From NCBI GenBank assembly GCA_044892525.1, contig CM097885.1, forward strand, positions 11,162,001-11,226,000: a stretch of DNA of 64,000 nt, given 5' to 3'. Of this stretch, positions 1 to 13,111 are shown one piece after another. Numbering within the stretch: position 1 is the first letter of the stretch; every line of letters starts with the position of its first letter. Under the pieces are notes generated by a model, which was not told the DNA's origin, made no database searches, and saw only the letters and a program-made list of their open reading frames with translations. Made by a program: the position numbers and the translations under genes. This DNA comes from Schmidtea polychroa (lineage: Eukaryota).

Positions 1-663
1 AAAAGAGGAACCTGTTCAAAAATTGGTTGAGATATCTTCAGAAATTTGGATTTGTATAGCGGACATACAGACAGACACACATTCAAGATTATATATTAGA
101 TTAAATTAAAAGTAAATATTTTTATTCCGTAAATGTATTTCTTATTTGTCTAGTGGTTATAACAACATGCTAACAATGGGGATAATTTTACATATAGCAG
201 ATTGAATTTGGCGTCGATCTGGGAATAAACGAATGTCAGTCAGGATAAATTTAAAACGACAATTAAAATGGAAATGTATATGATCTGAGTTAGAAACCGA
301 GTTGCATAGTTGGATAATTGAATAAAAATCTAAACGGTAGTAGATACTGTTACGGAAGATTAAAAAATGTTGCAACATTAGAAATAAATTATTTTAAAAA
401 TTCTAACCATTATGCTTATAAATTTATGCAGCAAAATAATTTTGTTAGAGAAGCAGCATCTTCAGTTGGGCAAAAAAAAGTCATTACATTTTATTATTTG
501 TTTTACTTAAAGAACACTTGGAGTCAGATTAACAGTTGCCAATTTAAAATTTCATCGACAAATCCTAACAAACGATTTTCTTTGTCTGAACTGAATAATT
601 GTGATTTTTCCTGGCAAAACTGACTCAACTATCTCTACGCAAGGCATACTCAGATGATGATAT

Positions 664-1422
664 TGTTGGGGTTAGCGGAAAAACCAAAAAAAAATTATAT
701 ATAAATAATGGTAAAATCAATAAAAATACAAAATTAATTAAAATTTACTAAAAATCAAAAATCAATATCGGGTATCGGGTATGGTTGAACGCCAAATTGA
801 TAGACGAGTTCAAAAAAATATAATAAAAATTTAATAAGGTGTTCACAAGGAAAGTTAATGCGAAAAAACAAATTAATTAATCGGTAATGAAAAACCCGAG
901 CCAATGGGAAACCCGAGCGCCATAGGAAACCCGATTTGCAGTGAGACCCGAGAAGCGAGATAAAAATAGGAATATTTTGAGCCCTAATCAAGGGTAAACA
1001 AATTAGAAACCAAAAAATATTGATTTAGGATAATTTAGCGCAATTTTCTAGATAATTGACTTCTGATGAAAAGTACAAAAAGAGAGCTCGGAAGTGAACA
1101 AGCAGCCAGTTTGTCGACGAAAAGAAAACTCAAAGTTCAGACAGAGTAACAAGAAAACCGTGAAGTTAGTATCAATTGAATAACTTAAATCGAACGTACT
1201 AGAAAAGGACATCTCCCATTGGAAGAGTCATCCCTACGTGAGATTTCCCGTAGTATTGAATGGTGCAAAAAGTGGTTGTATCAAGTGTGGTGAAATCATT
1301 AAAAGTGTAACAAAAGTGTAATTGTATTAGTTTCAAATATAGATTTGTGTTGGGTGTTTAATTTATTTTCATAGGGCACGAAGGAGTCAGACAGTGATAC
1401 TGACTTGCATTAATACCCAACA
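664..1422. mobile_element. Solo LTR (gypsy-like)
   Basis: Begins TGTTGGG and ends CCCAACA; 4-bp direct repeat ATAT on both sides (660-663, 1423-1426); no long ORF. Confidence 0.75.
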
Positions 1423-3619
1423 ATATGCATAAATTTGTTATCAATTATATAACAAGTATATTTTATAAGTTTATAATATCATTGTCATATATATGTGAAT
1501 AATATTGTTTGTCGGAACAAAAATAACTTCCTGGCCTACATCAGTCATGTAAAGGTAACATGAGTCACCTTTGTTGTTTAGAGCTTAGATGAAAAAACTA
1601 CTCAAAAAGATATCAATATAATTTAACGACAAGATTTGATAATTGCAGTTGGCGAGATAATTACATAAAAAATTATAGAAATATGGACGAAATAGTAATC
1701 ACATGTTAAAAATAATGAAGATATTGTTTGATGTTTAAATTTGGTTTCCGTCAATATTACTTTTACAAAGATTTTAGGGGACACGAAGTTATTTTTATTT
1801 TATTTAATAAAGTGATTTTAAGTATAGGGTCGAAGAAACAGAAATGAAAGTATAGTCAAAGGGAGTAAAAGTGAATTTAAATTAGTGCCAACCAAATCGT
1901 TTTGAATCTCGCTTTAGTACTCCTGTCCTCCCCAACAGGTCCGGCCGCCTGGTCGGTGCTATCCTATAGCCGTGAATAGAAGCTGCGATCTTGATACAGA
2001 GCCATTCCTGTTGCGGCACTGTCATTCGTTGAGGGATTGCAGGTTCGGGCGATCTTTTAAGGCATTCTCGACTACGGTGCGATATTTACCGACGAACTGA
2101 AATAATGAATTTCATCATGCGCATCAATACCCGTTATCTATTTCTCATCACTCATCCATACGCATGTCATGCAATAATTTATTATTATTAATAATTCGCA
2201 GAGTGGAATTAATTCATTTTATTCGCCAGGTAAAGCAATAACCTGCATATTATTTTCGGTGGCTACCAATAACTTTCTAAGCAATTGGGAACTATCTAGC
2301 ACTTGAAGTTTATTCTCCTATTTTACAAGTGAATTAAATATATATTGCAATTGATATTGTTATTATTCTCAAGAACCCCGAAATTAATTCGATACTTTCG
2401 TGATTTATCTACGATCAATTTTTAATCTGAATACATCAGCTCTGATTGAAATTTATCCTGCAAAACTGAAAGACCTGGCGCATTAAATTAATTGTTGGGT
2501 GATGAGGGTAGGCCCATTACCACATTCACCCTCAATAAATATTACAAGACGGGGCCTAGAATGTACCGAGTAAATATATGTACTGAAGAAAGGCAATAAA
2601 GTGAATAATTGAAAAACAATACAATCCAGGTCCAGCAACAATCCAGACAATACCCAGTCAGAAATAATTTATCCTTTGTGCGATGAATCAATCGTGTATA
2701 TATTAACTATTATCCCTTGTGGTATCATCAACACTAACTATCATGTGTGACTATTCTTTATTTTACTTATTTTATTCTTTATGATATTATTGGTGTATAT
2801 CTTAATTATTTTTATTCTTTAGAATTTTGTACATATTCTCGAGTAGCTTGTTAATTTTTATTTAATATATCTCTCCGTATAAATTTTTAATATTTTACAA
2901 AATGGTAAATTAAATCATTAATAAATAGAGATAAATAATATTATAAAATAATAATAATAATATTATAAAATAATTATCAATCTAAATTTCTTCATAATAA
3001 TCTGTAATTATTAAATAACATTCATTATAAGAAAACATCGGTCAGATTATAAGAAATAAAATCATTAAATTTAATAACGCTACATAAACATCTGTCTTAG
3101 TGAATAGAACAAAAATTGATATAATATTATTACTATGCAAATAAATAAAAAACATGTAAAATATATTAAATAATATTCCGTGCGTATAAGCCGGAAGTAA
3201 AAATAACTTATTTCAAAATACTATATATACCCCAATAACATTTAGAACAATCACCAAAAATTAGCGTTACAGCTATTTCGAAGGTTAATCCGGAGAAATA
3301 ATTAAAACCCGAGATAGTACAGAATTTGTCTCACAGATTTTCTAAAAAGCAGTAACTTTTACATAAGCACGCATTACATAGCATATTAACAAAATACATA
3401 TTTGCGACCATTTTAAAGTAGCTCAAAAGTAATTGAATAAAAGAAATAATTGTTTGAATTGATAATATTATTTGGAAACTTGCATTGTTTATTTTAGGTA
3501 ATTTTTATTATTAATAAATATTTATATTGAGATTTGTGTTTTATTTTATATAAGAACCAGAAAAGTTGAGTTTTTCAAATATTGGTACCTCAACATACTT
3601 ACTTATTATAATACATGAA

Positions 3620-4149
3620 CGGAGCTATTTACTTAAAGATCAAAATGGGAAGACGGTAGTTAGAAATGTTGAGAAGATCAAACATTTATAAAAAGGGGGA
3701 TGTAAGGAGTTAAAATTAAAATGTTAAATTAAAATTATTTCATGATTCAATTTTGTAAAATTACAAGTGAAACTTAAATTATTTGAAATATATTAGAATT
3801 AAAATGGTGAAAAAAAAATAATTTTTAATAAAATTGCAATTCAAGTATGAATGTGGTATGTCGATATTTGGTTGAAATTACAATTTATAAAAAGAAAATG
3901 TCCCAAGAATATTTGTCTTTATAAGCAGTTTAATGAAATATAATTTTTGGATTTATTTATTCTTAGTAATTTATTTGATGACAGAAGAATTGAATGTTAT
4001 AGCTTCTAACAATGTTAAAGATAAATGATCAAGGAGTAGAATGTACAGACGAATATTGGTATACAAAAGTGAGTAAAATACGACGGAGAGCAGCAGAAAT
4101 TATGGGCAATAGTGGAATAATTGTATTAACGTATGAAGGTTTTGAGTTA
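3620..4149 (+). mobile_element. Degenerate gypsy 3' end: integrase C-terminal tail, polypurine tract and start of an LTR
   Basis: Frame SYLLKDQNGKTVVRNVEKIKHL* followed by AAAAGGGGGA (3691-3700) and TGTAAG at 3701; right boundary uncertain. Confidence 0.5.
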
Positions 4150-5166
4150 TGTTGAGGATACCTAAATAACAATTTATAAAGAAATAAATAAACTTACCTG
4201 GGGGAAGATCACCATGACAAACGGGACGATCTAGAGAAACTCAGAAAAGAAAACGGAAGTGAAAAGAAATTAAAATGAGAAAGAGAAAGGAAATAAAAGT
4301 TATCAAATAGGAAAATAAAAATCAAGGCCAGTACTAATTAATTAATACAGAAGGGAAAGGGAATTTTGAAATCGGGGGAAAAGGAAAACAACAATATCCT
4401 TATCTCGACAGCTTGCCAGTGATAATAGAATTGATGGTAGAAGGCGGTCAAACAAAAAAGGGAAAAGGGAAAATAACTTGACAGCTGTCAAAGATAAAAA
4501 TGGGACAGTCGGGGAAAGCAGGAAAAGGAAAATGGAAAACACTTGATTATCTGGAGTGCAACGAGAGAAGCGAACTATATAAGGGAAAACTGGTGAACAT
4601 GAAATTAGAACAAAATTAGAAGGAAAATTAGAGACAAAGTGACGTGAAATTGAAAAACATTTGGAAGACAATTTGAGAGACAATTTAAGAGACGATTTGA
4701 GAGATAAAATTACTGGAGAAAATTAGACGTTGGACGAAATGTTGTTGGACAAACGATTGTCAAAATAATTGTAAAGGAAATAATTGTGGAGAATAATTAT
4801 TGGAGAAGAGTTGAAGAACAGAATTAGTTGAAAAATAAAACGGAAATAAGTTATTTGATTATTTGAATAAAGTTGCAAAGAAAGTCAAAGAAAACAACCA
4901 GCTCAAAAATCGCAGTTTAGAAACCAATCAGTAATTTGTGATCTTTTAATCCGGTGTTATACAGAAGTGCTATTCCTCACCGAGTGTTGCAATAAGCATT
5001 GTATAGTCACCAAGTAGAGTGTTGAATTTATTGTCAGTGTGAAAATAAAGTGTATTTGTGATTATCAATAAAGATTTCTGTTGTCAAATGTTATTTGTGA
5101 ATCGTATAAAGACACGCTTGGAGTCAGAGTAACATTTAAAATTATCACCAACTCAATAACACAACA
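4150..5166 (+). mobile_element. Solo LTR
   Basis: TGTTG...CAACA termini; GTTA TSD (4146-4149, 5167-5170); purine-rich + strand with TATATAA near 4576 and AATAAA signals near the 3' end. Confidence 0.7.
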
Positions 5167-5565
5167 GTTAGATGATGATGAGTATTTATTTGATTGTGGC
5201 TGTGTACCACGAAACTCGATGAAAATGGATTTTTGAGGAACCGTCTCAAATGTGTATTAATGAAATAGTTGCGATGAAACAATTTCAATTAAAGGAAGTA
5301 GAAGAAAGTTTTGAAATGGAATTACCAAATTGGGAAAATGAGATATAGATAAAAATGATGAGACGCACGATGAACGAGAAATGAGAAAAGATGATATAGA
5401 AAATGAAACTGAAGAGATTATTGTTGAAAATGAGATAAAACTGAAGTTCAAAATGAGGCATATATGACACAGAGAACGATTGATATTAATGATATTAAAG
5501 AAAAACAATGCAGAAATTTGTATGAAATGATAATTGAACTATGACACTATAATTATATTTGCCAC

Positions 5566-5576
5566 TATTATTGGTA

Positions 5577-5639
<63 letters not shown>
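5566..5639. repeat. (ATT)n microsatellite
   Basis: Direct inspection. Confidence 0.95.
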
Positions 5640-5641
<2 letters not shown>

Positions 5642-6746
5642 AAACAATAAAATGATAATTTAAGCCTTTTGCTGCAAATAATTTATTTAATGAAAAAATT
5701 TTCGACTATAAGATAGTCCTTGTCAATCTCCTGGAATTTAGCAATGTTCTTCCCCAAATTACCTTTCAATCTTTCTTTTATTTTCTTTCTCTTAATTCTC
5801 ATTGGTTGTAAATATGAATTTTTTAATAAAAACTTTTAAAATTTTTACATTTAAAATTCCAAAATGACACAAACTAAAAATTTTTAAATTTTTTTATACA
5901 GCTTCTATAATTAGCTTCTAGAAGCCTAATAAAATATTTCAAAATATTCTAAATAAAGCCTCCAATAACCACTTATATATGCTATTTAAATATTTCAATA
6001 AATGTGTCAATTTTGATTTTCAAATCCTATTTTTTAAAATTTTCTATATTATTCTAATTATTACTTTTTAATTTATTATATATTTTTTTAAATTTCTTTA
6101 TATATTGTCAGTTATTCTCAAGGTTGATGACAACAGATCAAATTCATGATTTCATTGATTTCTTCTTTATTGTTGATCTTTGGCTGTCTGTTTATGATCA
6201 GAATTGTTTCTTTGAATCTGACATTTTTCTTTTGGATGTTTCCATTAGCTATGATTTCTATTGAAATATTTTTTCTTTCCTCTGTTGGGTGACACTGCCG
6301 GAGATGTCTGCCCAACGAGGATGTTCCACCAGGATCTAGATGTTCTTTAACTCTTTGGTACAAGGTCCTGAGTGTACTTCCAATGTAGATTTTATTGCAT
6401 ACATTGCACGTGATGCAATAGACGATGTTTTTTCTCAAGCACATATCTTTCGGTGTCTGACAGTTTTTCATTGTGCAATTGTTTTCTCTATTTATGTTGC
6501 CTGCCAGAGCCCTTCTCAATGTCCAAGATATATGTGCTATCCGAATTGGAAGACCGGTACGTTTAAGTTCTTTCAGGATCTTGAAGTCGAGTATGTCACT
6601 GATGAATGGGATATTCAGATAGAAATATTTCTGATTCTTTTGTGTTAATTCCCTATATCTTCTTGGGGTAGAATTCATTCTTTCAATGTCCTCACCTTGG
6701 TATCCGTTTCGGTGTAGGATGTTATTGAAATTTGATTGTTCTTTAA

Positions 6747-9263
6747 CACTAGGACGGCCGGAAATATTTTATACCTTGGAAGGCCAAACCGGTCAATTTG
6801 ACCGGTGCACATATGCTCCTTATTTTCATGCTGAGATTTCTATGATGCAACTCATTTAGCAATACTTTCTTTGTGCTACTAACACGCTTTCAAAATTTAA
6901 CTATTTTTATTCTAACAGTAGTTAATTTATTAAACTACTTACAATAATGAAATAAAAATATTTGTTTAGCTGACACAAAGCTACACTATTTTAAACATTG
7001 TCTTCGCGTTTATTCAGACTGGTATGTATGTATACTTCATTTCTTGTTTATAAATATTCTCTTGCTTTTATTCAAAGATAGTGCTTATTAAAAGTGTAAT
7101 TAAGCAAGCATTAAGAGTTCTAAGTTTTGAAATTTGGTAAATTAAAAGAATCAAACGAAAAACTTAACGAAATGTCATAAGACAATATCTAATAATTGTT
7201 ATAGAAAATCTTTGAACTTCTTGGGATAACAAACATTATAAAACCGTGTTTTCATTAGAATCCAATAATAAATTTGACGTTTCTTATTTTACTGACGGAG
7301 TTTTTATCATTATTTTAGAATCAAATATGCCAACTAAAAGAATTACTGCTCAACGTGCTTTACAGAAGCTATGGAATATTGACGCTGCTCTCTCCGAAGA
7401 TGAAGATCAGCCTATGGGAAGTGATGATGAGCCCGAAAGAAATGATTCTGACGAAGAGTTACATGAATGGAACTCTGATGATAATGGAAGTTCGTTAGAA
7501 AGTGACAATGAGTCAGTCAATAGCTCAATTTCTTCATTAGAAAATCAGCTTTTATCTGGCAGGGATGGCACTCTTTGGAATCAAGTAGAAAACAATCACG
7601 CTATTAGTGTTGGCAGATTCCCTGCGCACAATATTTTTAGTGGAACACCTGGTGTGAAAGCTTTTGCAAAGCGCAAAATTGACTCACCCCTGAGCGCTTG
7701 GCGCTTGATAGTCTCTGAGGGAATGCTGAAGTTAATTCAAAAATACACAATTATGAAAGGAAAAGAAGCTTCGTCAGACTGGTGTATCAGTCTACAAGAA
7801 TTAGATGCTTTTCTTGGATTGCTGTATCTCCGTGGTGTGTTAGGCTTTCGCCGACATTCTATCAATTCAATCTGGTCATCTCAATTTGGATCTCCTTACT
7901 TCAGAGAAGTCATGTCTCGGAACCGTTTCCGTGAGATACTGCGCTTCCTTCGTTTTGATGAACAATGTTCTCGACGTCAAAGAGTAGAACAAGATAAATA
8001 TGCCCATTTTCGTGAAATATTTGACTTGTTTGTTTCAAACTGTCTTCAAGTTTATACTCCTAACCCCTTCCTTACTGTCGACGAGCAACTTTTGCCGCTA
8101 AAAAATAGGTGTTGCTTCATCCAATTTATGCCAAATAAGCCTGATAAATTCGGTATCAAATACTGGATTCTCAGTGATGTCAAAACCAAATTTGTCATCA
8201 ATCAAATGCCATATTTAGGGGCTCACGATAGAAACGAACGCTGTGGATTACGGCTGGGTGATTTTGTAGTCAGGAAACTAATGGAGCCATTTTTCAATAA
8301 AGGATACAATGTCTGCACTGACAATTTCTTTACAAGTCTCTCACTAGCTGAACATCTCCTTGTAAATCGAACAACATTGGTTGGTACTGTAAGATTAAAT
8401 TCACGCTTTTTATCATCAGCTCACTTGGAGAAAAAGCCTCTTTTTGAATCGACTCATTTATCGTGTCAAAACACTGTCACTGTTTCCTATCAAGGCAAAT
8501 CGGACAAGAAAGTCATTGTCATGTCAACATTCCATTCTACTGCTAGTGTGAGATCTGACGAAAAGAGAAAGCCTGAAATGATACACAAAAATAAGACAGC
8601 TGTAGATACCATGGATAGCATGTTGCGTTTATACAGCAGTAAAGCCGCAACAGCAAGATGGCCAGTCGCTACTTTCTATGATTTGCTTGATAAAGCAGCT
8701 CTCAACGCTCATGTTATTTTCAAAGATGCTACGGGATCAACTATAAAAAGAAGGGATTTTATTTTTGAATTAGCTACATCTCTTTGTCAGGAGTTCAAAA
8801 GCCGTCGAACAGCAAGTCCCATCTCTGGTGAACTCTGTTCTGAACAACCAAAATTAAAGAAGCGAAAAACTTGTTCTGCTCCTCATTGTCATAACAAATC
8901 CGGAGCTATATGCCATGTATGTAGTAAAGTTTACTGTGGAAAACATTCCCAAATGACTGTTAAATGCTTCGGTTGTGTGTAAATTATATTTGGTTTTATA
9001 TTTTCTAGTATGTAAGATGATTATGTGTGACTTTCTTGTGTGTTTCAATATACCGGTCAAATTGACCGGTTCGGCCTTCCATGGGGATGGCCTCATTATC
9101 TCAGTCGTGACAAATGCTATAATTGAAGCTTTGATATGCACAACAAGTTCACTAAAAATGAATAATTGTCACAAAATATGAGACGTTAATTCCTTTTCGT
9201 TTTCTCACAAAATAAAAATGAAATTGCTTAACGGTCAAAATAACCGCTCTGGCCGTCCTAGTG
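6747..9263 (+). mobile_element. piggyBac transposon
   Basis: 13-bp TIR CACTAGGACGGCC / GGCCGTCCTAGTG; TTAA TSD at 6743-6746 and 9264-9267; subterminal palindromic ACCGGTCAA(A/T)TTGACCGGT repeats near 6788 and 9052. Confidence 0.95.
7328..8982 (+). CDS. piggyBac transposase (DDD core, C-terminal Cys-rich domain)
   Basis: VDEQL, KPDKFGIK, CTDNFFTS, AVDTMD, RWP motifs; acidic N-terminus; C-terminal CxxxxC..CxxC..CxxH..CxxC; first ATG at 7328 (ORF open from 7246). Confidence 0.9.
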
Positions 9264-9456
9264 TTAAAGTTTTTGTTTTTTTCCGTGCATCGATTGGCTA
9301 TTCTTCATTTCTCGTTTCTTATGATATGTACTTTCTGTAAGTATGGAAGCGCTGATCTTTGGTGCATAAATATTTCTTTGCGAGCTGGTTTTCTGTAGAA
9401 CCCGTATGTTTGAGTATTTGCTTCTATTTTAATTCTCAAATCTAATAAATTGAGGG

Positions 9457-9457
<1 letters not shown>

Positions 9458-9519
<62 letters not shown>

Positions 9520-9550
9520 GTTATTATTATTAGTATTCTTATTATTATAT
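9458..9550. repeat. (ATT)n microsatellite at the Penelope truncation point
   Basis: Direct inspection. Confidence 0.9.
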
Positions 9551-9884
9551 TAAATAAAACTTAATATAAATTCAAAATACTCCCCGGCCAGATATGTATA
9601 TTTTGTAATAGATAGTCATTACAATTCATAACACTTGTATTCATACAGATTTATTTATATAAAATCATATCCAGTTCAACATAATTACGATTTGTATGTC
9701 TACAATTAATACAATTCAAAGCTTTAAAGCGCTTAAACACGTTGGCAGGTTTCGATGAGGTCATAATTTGTAAGGAAAATTTCAAATTGAGGATGTGAGT
9801 TGCATGTTAATGAAAATAGATAATGTTCGTAAATCATTTCAAAACACAAATTACCTGCTAATGAGAATAACATGTATTCGTAGA

Positions 9885-10928
9885 CAGAGCCTTTTAGAGC
9901 CTTTTGGAGGCCCAGGTCTGACATTATATGTGGCCCCTATATAATGAAAAATATACAAAAAATGAAATTTTTACTGATAAAAAATTTATTATTTCAAAAA
10001 TAAAAAAATATATTCCGAATATCAAAGTAATATTAATTAAAATTTAAAAATGCGCTTTTCGAGCCTTTAAAGCTGCAAAAGAACTTATAATTTCAGCATA
10101 GTCCAAATTTCTAGCTATATCCCAATTAATATTTAGCGTCGCCAGATGATTTACACGATTCTGTATCATGGTTGATCTTAAATAATTTTTATCCGTTTGA
10201 GTACGCTAAAACTCCTCTCTGCCTCTGGTACGCTAACTGGCAAGGTTAAAAATATTCTCAGAGCAATAGCAATATTTGGATAAATATTTAAAAACCCCAT
10301 TTCGATTATTTCTTTTAAAAGCTCACACGGTTTCGTGCAGCCTTTAAAATTTGATTTATAAACTCTTTTAAGTTTTTTCTTATGCCTTTTGCTGGCACCG
10401 CTTTCGTAGGTCCTCTTCATGTTTTAATTGCCGCCAAGTTTATTTATTTTTATTTATTATCAATAATCAAAGCCAAACAAAAAATAAATTACCCGTTTTC
10501 CTAATTTTATGTAGTTTAAAAAAATCAAATTTAAACACTTTAACTTTAAAACACTTAAACAACGTCAAAGACAAACTGCTAATAAACTTTTATATCATAA
10601 TTTGAACTCATGTAACAAATAAAAGCCTACTATTCTTTAATATTTTTAATATAATTTTTAATATATTTTTAAAATAATAAGATTTTGAAATCATATCGGC
10701 AGTTAGTTGTGCAATTGCAATGAAAAAAAATGAGAATCTCAGGAAAAGCGAAAATAAAATAACACCAAAAATAAGGCCTCCTATTCTATAGTTAAATTAT
10801 ATTTAATCTTAGAAAAAAAATTGTTGCCCTACGTAAAATGGCGAAATACATTTTTGATCGTTTGGTGTAGTATCAAATAGTGTTATTTGGGGCCCCCTAA
10901 AATAAGAGGCCCATGCTAAAAGACCCTT
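9885..10928 (-). mobile_element. Internally deleted non-autonomous hAT element
   Basis: ORF 10178-10420 fuses the N-terminal MKRTYESGASKR to the hAT dimerisation motif YPNIAIALRIFLTLPVSVPEAERSFSVLKRIK; imperfect termini CAGAGCCTTTTAG / CTAAAAGACCCT; no TSD match. Confidence 0.65.
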
Positions 10929-11645
10929 ATTCAACCAGTTGGTTGAATGTTTATTTTGATTGATTGCATGAGTGCATATTTTAAAATCAAAATTTAAGTA
11001 AATATTATAATAATCTAACTAAATTAAATGTTACGAAATTGAAAGAAGGTTAATTTTAAATTATACAAAGTGATAAACTTTATTTTTATATGAATTATAT
11101 TTTAAAAATAATAAAACTAGATTAAAACCACATGAAATTTATGAATTTAGTCAAGGATATTAATGACATAAAAATAAATTCAGAACCGTTGTTATTATAT
11201 GCACTTTTCAATTCACGCGTTTTTACAAATATATGTTTGCATTAAACAATAATTGGGTTTCAGCTTACTTTTTAACTCATATTGATAATTCATCAGAGAT
11301 TCCCAATAAAACTAAAGACATTTTCAAATTGTATTATCCAGGAGTTTAGGCATCAGACGATCAAAGTAACATTGAGTTAGTAAAGAAAATCAACTAAATA
11401 AAAATTTTGCCAAATACAGATTTTGAAATTTATTATTTAAATCTTATGAATTCTGTTGAAAAAACGACACAAAGGACTATATCAAATTTTAATAATAATA
11501 AACAAAGATGCTGGATGAAGGGATGACTCCAAAAATAGTAACAATTAAAATCTGCACTTTTAAAAACAGAAATTCTATAGAACAGAACAGAGTGCGTTGT
11601 CATTCAAAATGGAGTGTCAACAGGGATTTCATGAAGCTGCAGATA

Positions 11646-11795
<150 letters not shown>

Positions 11796-11911
11796 TTCAA
11801 ATATATTTGAGGTGATTGTTAATTTTATTTTTAACTTTATTTGTAATTGTTATAATCAAATACATTTTATTGAACCAGTGTTTGTGTTCTTATTTATACA
11901 GGAACCTTCAA

Positions 11912-12430
11912 GTTGAGATTTGAAAACCTTAACACAAACAAGAAATTAAAACAAAGGTCATAGTTAAATAACAAATACAACCGAAGGTGGAATCTCTAAT
12001 TGCACAAAACCAAAAATATGGGGAAAGCCGTATCTTGGCAGCTTGTCAAAAATAACCAAATGGCAGGAAAAGTCGGCACAACATGAAAAGTAAAAAACAG
12101 GGCATATATCGACATCTGTCAGAGATAAGGCTGAAGTAGTGGGTAATACAGAGGAAAAAGAAAATGGAAAACAAAATTTATCTCTAGTGCTACAAATTAA
12201 ACGAGCTATATAAAGAGGAACTGTTGACCGAGAAATCAGACAAAAACCGAGACGAGAGAAGAAAAACGAGAGTTAAAGAGAGAGTTAAAAAGGAGAATTG
12301 TTGTGGTTACAGAAAGGGTTATTCTTCACGTAGTGTCGCAATAAGCTCTGTTTGATTAACTGGTTTAGAGTTAATTTGTTGTAATTGTAATTTGTGCGAC
12401 CTGGTGTGAATAAAATAAAACTTGCAATGT
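11912..12430 (+). mobile_element. Diverged, truncated LTR related to 4150-5166
   Basis: Colinear shared blocks CAGCTTG, GACA(G/T)CTGTCA.AGATAA, GAAAATGGAAAACA, TTATCT..AGTGC, CTATATAA. Confidence 0.5.
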
Positions 12431-12433
12431 TTA

Positions 12434-12492
<59 letters not shown>

Positions 12493-12882
12493 TATTATTA
12501 TTATTTATTATTTTAATTTATTATTATTATTATTATTGTGATAATTATTGTATTGATAATTGGAATTAGTATTGTTGTTATTAATATAATAATTATTATA
12601 TAAAAAAACAAATAAAATAAATTTTACATGAAACAATTTTAATAAGGTTTCTGATTTATCGTAATTTTGATTTAAATTTATTCGATTTAATAAAAATTGT
12701 GTCGATCGAATGATTTGGCATTTAAACGGCAATCATTCATTGTCATTTTTTTGCATCTCCAATGGTTTTCCCTGGGTTGCTTGTCTGTGTTTGTGCTGCG
12801 CACAGTGGATAAATAATAGAGATAACTTTAGTTTTTATCTTTGACCTGTGTGCTTTCAGTGAGCGGTTTTGGAGAGGATAAA

Positions 12883-13094
<212 letters not shown>

Positions 13095-13111
13095 GCGATA
13101 TATAGGAAACT

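Larger units (their letters stand above)
6118..9457 (-). mobile_element. 5'-truncated Penelope-like retroelement (RT C-terminus + GIY-YIG endonuclease), interrupted by piggyBac
   Basis: ORF 6118-6678 has NIVYCITCNVCNKIYIGST..R..EH (GIY-YIG). The frame continues across the TTAA site into 9268-9457 (SLNLLDL..FYRKP..SALP), with one in-frame stop. Confidence 0.85.

Noticed and set aside
1..102. Possible 3' end of a Helitron/SINE-like repeat (ACAGACAGAC..TATATATTAGAT)
   Set aside because: Cut by the window edge; no diagnostic structure verifiable
1905..2010. U6 or SRP RNA (CTCGCTT, GATACAGAG)
   Set aside because: Only short word matches; spacing and downstream conserved sequence do not fit
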